DNA of 64,000 nt from Ranitomeya imitator (taxonomy: Eukaryota). Below are positions 60,491 to 64,000 of this stretch, one piece after another; positions within the stretch are counted from its first letter, which is position 1; every line of letters begins with the position of its first letter. The stretch is from positions 60,636,001 to 60,700,000 of the forward strand of contig NC_091282.1 of the NCBI RefSeq assembly GCF_032444005.1. The letters run 5' to 3'. Made by a program: the position numbers and the translations under genes. The notes below the pieces were generated by a model. The model was not told the DNA's origin and made no database searches. It saw only the letters and a list, made by a program, of their open reading frames with translations.

Positions 60491-61912
60491 CAAATTATTA
60501 TTTGGGTCCTTTAACTTAAAACTTTGTTGCGCCACCTTTTGCTGTGATTACAGCTGCAAGTCACTTGGAGTATGTCTCTATCAGTTTTGTACATCGAGAG
60601 ACTGAAATTCTTCCTTGGCAAACAGCTCGAGCTCAGGAAGGTTTGATGGAGATTGTTTGTGAACAGCAGTTTTCAGCTCTTTCCACAGATTCTCGATTGG
60701 ATTGAGGTCTGGACTTTGACTTGGCCATTCTAACACCTGGATACGTTTATTTGTGAACCATTCCATTGTAGATTTTTCTTTATGTTTGGGATCATTGTCT
60801 TGTTGGAAGACAAATCTCTGTCCCAGTCTCAGGTCTTTTATAGACTCCAACAGGTTTTCTTCAAGAATGGTCCTGTATTTGGCTCCATCCATCTTCCCAT
60901 CAATTTTAACCATCTTCCATGTCCCTGCTGAAGAAAAGCAGGCCCAAACAATGATGCTGCCACCACCATGTTTGACAGTGGGGATGGTGTGTTCAGGGTG
61001 AGGAGCTGTGTTGCCTTTACGCCAAACACATCGTTTGGCATTGTTGCCAAAAAGTTTGATTTTGGTTTCATCTGACCAGGGCACCTTCTTCCACAAGTTT
61101 GATGTGTCTCCCAGGTGGCTTGTTGCAAACTTTAAATGACACATTTTATGGATATCTTTGAGAAATGGCTTTCTTCTTGCCACTCTTCCATAAAGGCCAG
61201 ATTTGTGCAGTGTACGACTGATTGTTGTCCTATGGACAGACTGTCCCACCTCAGCTGTAGATCTCTGCAGTTCATCCATAGTGATCATGGGCCTCTTGGC
61301 TGCATCTCTGATCAGTCTTCTCCTTGTTTGAGATGAAAGTTTAGAGGGACGGCCGGGTCTTGGTAGATTTGCACTGGTATGATACTCCTTCCATTTCAAT
61401 ATGATCGCTTGCACAGTGCTCCTTGGGATGTTTAAAGTTTTGGAAATCATTTTGTATCCAAATCCGGTTTTAAACTTCTCCACAACAGTATCACGAACCT
61501 GCCTGTTGTGTTCCTCGGTCTTCATGATACTCTCTGTGCTTCAAACAGGACCCTGAGCCTATCACAGAGCAGGTGCATTTATATGGAGACTTGATTACAC
61601 ACAGGTGGATTATATTTATCATCATTAGGCATTTAGGACAACATTGGATCATTCAGAGATCCACAATGAACTTCTGGAATTTGCTGCACTGAAAGTAAAG
61701 GGGCCGAATAATATTGCACGCCCCACTTTTCAGTTTTTGAATTTCCACATAAATTTAAAATAACCAATAAATTTCGTTCAACTTCACAATTGTGTTCCAC
61801 TTGTTGTTGATTCTTCACCAAAAAATTACATTTGGTATCTTTATGTTTGAAGCATGATATGTGGGAAAAGGTTGAAAAGTTCCAGGGGGCCGAAGACTTT
61901 CGCAAGGAACTG
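60490..61912 (-). mobile_element. Passport-like Tc1 element, one TIR largely deleted, nested in the hAT
   Basis: Terminus ..GAAGACTTTCGCAAGGAACTG|TA at 61912; ORF 61525-60581 ([26 protein letters not shown]) frameshifted near its end, original stop (GATKF*) at 60518-60516; Passport resemblance is from memory, not a search. Confidence 0.88.
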
Positions 61913-63402
61913 TACATACAGTATACACAGACACACTGTAATGCAGGATATAGTGTGCACCTGTATATACAGTATGGTGCTGTGTAGGACAGGAGCTGCA
62001 AGAAAGATACACAGATAGACAGACAGACACACAGACAGACAGAGATCATATTCAGCCACCGCAAAACTGAAGACTGAACCACTTCACCTCTGGATCTTGA
62101 GTGACTGGAGATCCAGAGTGAAGTCCTGCCGCACTCCGCGGTGCAGAATCCTCTTCTCGCGCCGACATCGTGGCTCTGGCTCCTTCCTCGAAGGTCGCTG
62201 AACAAACTCTAATCTGATCTAATCCGAGGGAGCGATCATATAGCGGAACAGGTAGCGCCTAGAAGCTTCTGTTGGGATCGGAGAAGGCTGCCGCATGCCA
62301 TAAGCTAAGCATTAGGTACAGGGAGGGTACTAAAGAAGTCTGGCTAGGCCAGCCAGGTCAGTGGATGCTGACGCAGGTCAGGTGCCATGACTCTGCCGCT
62401 CTGCGCCAGCCACTGAGAGGTAGGACCATAGCCAGGTCCCTACACTTTCAATAGTTTCTCTTTTGTTAAATGTTTATTATCATTAGAAACGGTTCACAGC
62501 AAAGAGACGTGTATTTTACATGTTTTGAGATATTTATCCCTATATTGGTGGGAGGCCCCTGCTTGGTGGGTGGCCCAGGGCCCGGGCCCCTTGGGCCTCC
62601 CCCCCTTAATCCGGGCCTGATCATACCATAGAACAAAAAGTGCAATAAAACACGATCAAAAAGACAAATGTAAAATAAAAATGGTACCGCTGAAAATGTA
62701 CTCTTGTCACACAGAAAAATAAAAAGTTATAGCTCTCAGAATAAAGGCATACAATAATAATGATTTTTTATAAAATAGTTTTTATTGTGTAAAAGTGGCA
62801 AAACATTAAAAAAAAATACGGTATCACTGTGATTGTACTGATTGGAAGAATAAAGCTGCCTCATCAATTTTAACACATGCAGAACGGTATATAAATAAAC
62901 AAGCAGTTCCTGAATTGCATTTTTTTGTCATTCTGCCTCCCAAAAATCATACAAATAAAAAAGTCATGTCCTCGAAAATGAAGCCAATAAAAATGTCAGC
63001 TCGTCCCACAAAAACAAAGACCGATATAGACTGATATAGTGCCAGTGAGCTAGTTGCTAGTGGTTGTATCCACGGATACCAAAGGTCTTGCAATGCCTGC
63101 ACATGAGGAAAGAAACATAGGGAATCAGAAAAACTATGCTACACTTCCAATTGGAGGTATTTGCAAATATTATTATTATTACATTTACTACAAATTGGGA
63201 TAGGATCTTGAAGATGTGAATACCCATTTAATGTAAAATCACAGCTGTCCGATGCGGTCAAAACCCACTGGTATCTCTGTCAATTTACCTCCAGTGAGAA
63301 CCATTCAGAAGCTGCAAGTGACTTTCACTAGGGTGGGCGCTCACATCGTTTGCAGAGGGGCGCCGGCTCTTTGTGCTAGATCGGTGGAGAATGACCTATA
63401 AC

Positions 63403-64000
63403 TAGTGTTGAGCGATACCGTCCGATACTTGAAAGTATCGGTATCGGATAGTATCGGCCGATACCCGAAAAGTATCGGATATCGCCGATACCGATATCCG
63501 ATACCAATACAAGTCAATGGGACACCAAGTATCGGAAAGTATTCTGATGGTTCCCAGGGTCTGAAGGAGAGGAAACTCTCCTTCAGGCCCTGGGATCCAT
63601 ATTAATGTGTAAAATAAAGAATTAAAATAAAAAATATTGATATATTCACCTCTCCGGCGGCCCCTGGACATCACGCGGGTAACCGGCAGGCTTCTTTGTT
63701 TAAAATGAGCGCGTTTAGGACCTGAGGAATGACGTCGCGGCTTCTGATTGGTCGCATCGCGGTCACATGGGCGGCACGCGACCAATTAGAAGCCGCGACG
63801 TCATTCCTCAGGTCCTAAACGCGCTCATTTTAAACAAAGAAGCCTGCCGGTTACCCGCGTGATGTCCAGGGGCCGCCGGAGAGGTGAATATATCAATATT
63901 TTTTATTTTAATTCTTTATTTTACACCTCACTATGGATCCGATACCGATACCCGATACCACAAAAGTATCGGATCTCGGTATCGGAATTCCGATACCGCA
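63403..64000. mobile_element. hAT-type MITE with near-perfect central palindrome, runs off the window
   Basis: Starts TAGTGTTGAGCGATACCG, same family as 27277-27960; arms ~63590-63770 versus ~63780-63940. Confidence 0.88.

Larger units (their letters stand above)
60122..62619 (-). mobile_element. Deleted hAT transposon
   Basis: TIR CAGGGCCGGATT(T)AAG / CTTAATCCGGGCCTG; exact 8-bp TSD ATCATACC at 60114-60121 and 62620-62627. Confidence 0.88.
59395..63010. mobile_element. Degraded piggyBac-like non-autonomous element split by the hAT insertion
   Basis: Starts CCTTCCCGACATG like other TTAA-family ends; family-like sequence on both sides of 60122-62619; boundaries approximate. Confidence 0.55.

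Noticed and set aside
60284-60535. Apparent Tc1-hAT fusion ORF (83 aa)
   Set aside because: The first residues come from the Tc1 3' end read in another frame across a deletion junction; no evidence of expression.

Overview
Repeat-dense, apparently non-genic vertebrate DNA, most likely from a frog (inferred from the Tc1/T2/hAT/Harbinger MITE, CR1, L2, Penelope and chromovirus repertoire; species not determinable). No host-gene exon, rRNA, tRNA or CRISPR array could be supported, and nearly all ORFs in the track are transposon fragments or shadow ORFs. Contents: seven Tc1-type elements from distinct lineages, two with intact ORFs (a DD35E element at 22521-24088 and a DD34E element with perfect 35-bp TIRs at 50689-52340); a decayed Tf1/sushi-type Gypsy chromovirus (14275-20703) with a self-priming signature, mismatched LTRs and a nested solo LTR; further Gypsy and ERV relics; a young 5'-truncated CR1; an L2 tail; a 4.85-kb TTAA-flanked element carrying telomere-like repeats and a ~390-bp satellite; many palindromic MITEs; and several hammerhead-ribozyme motifs, including a retrozyme-like unit near 56.7 kb. 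Short unique islands between repeats may be conserved non-coding elements (unverified). One assembly gap (9995-10172).
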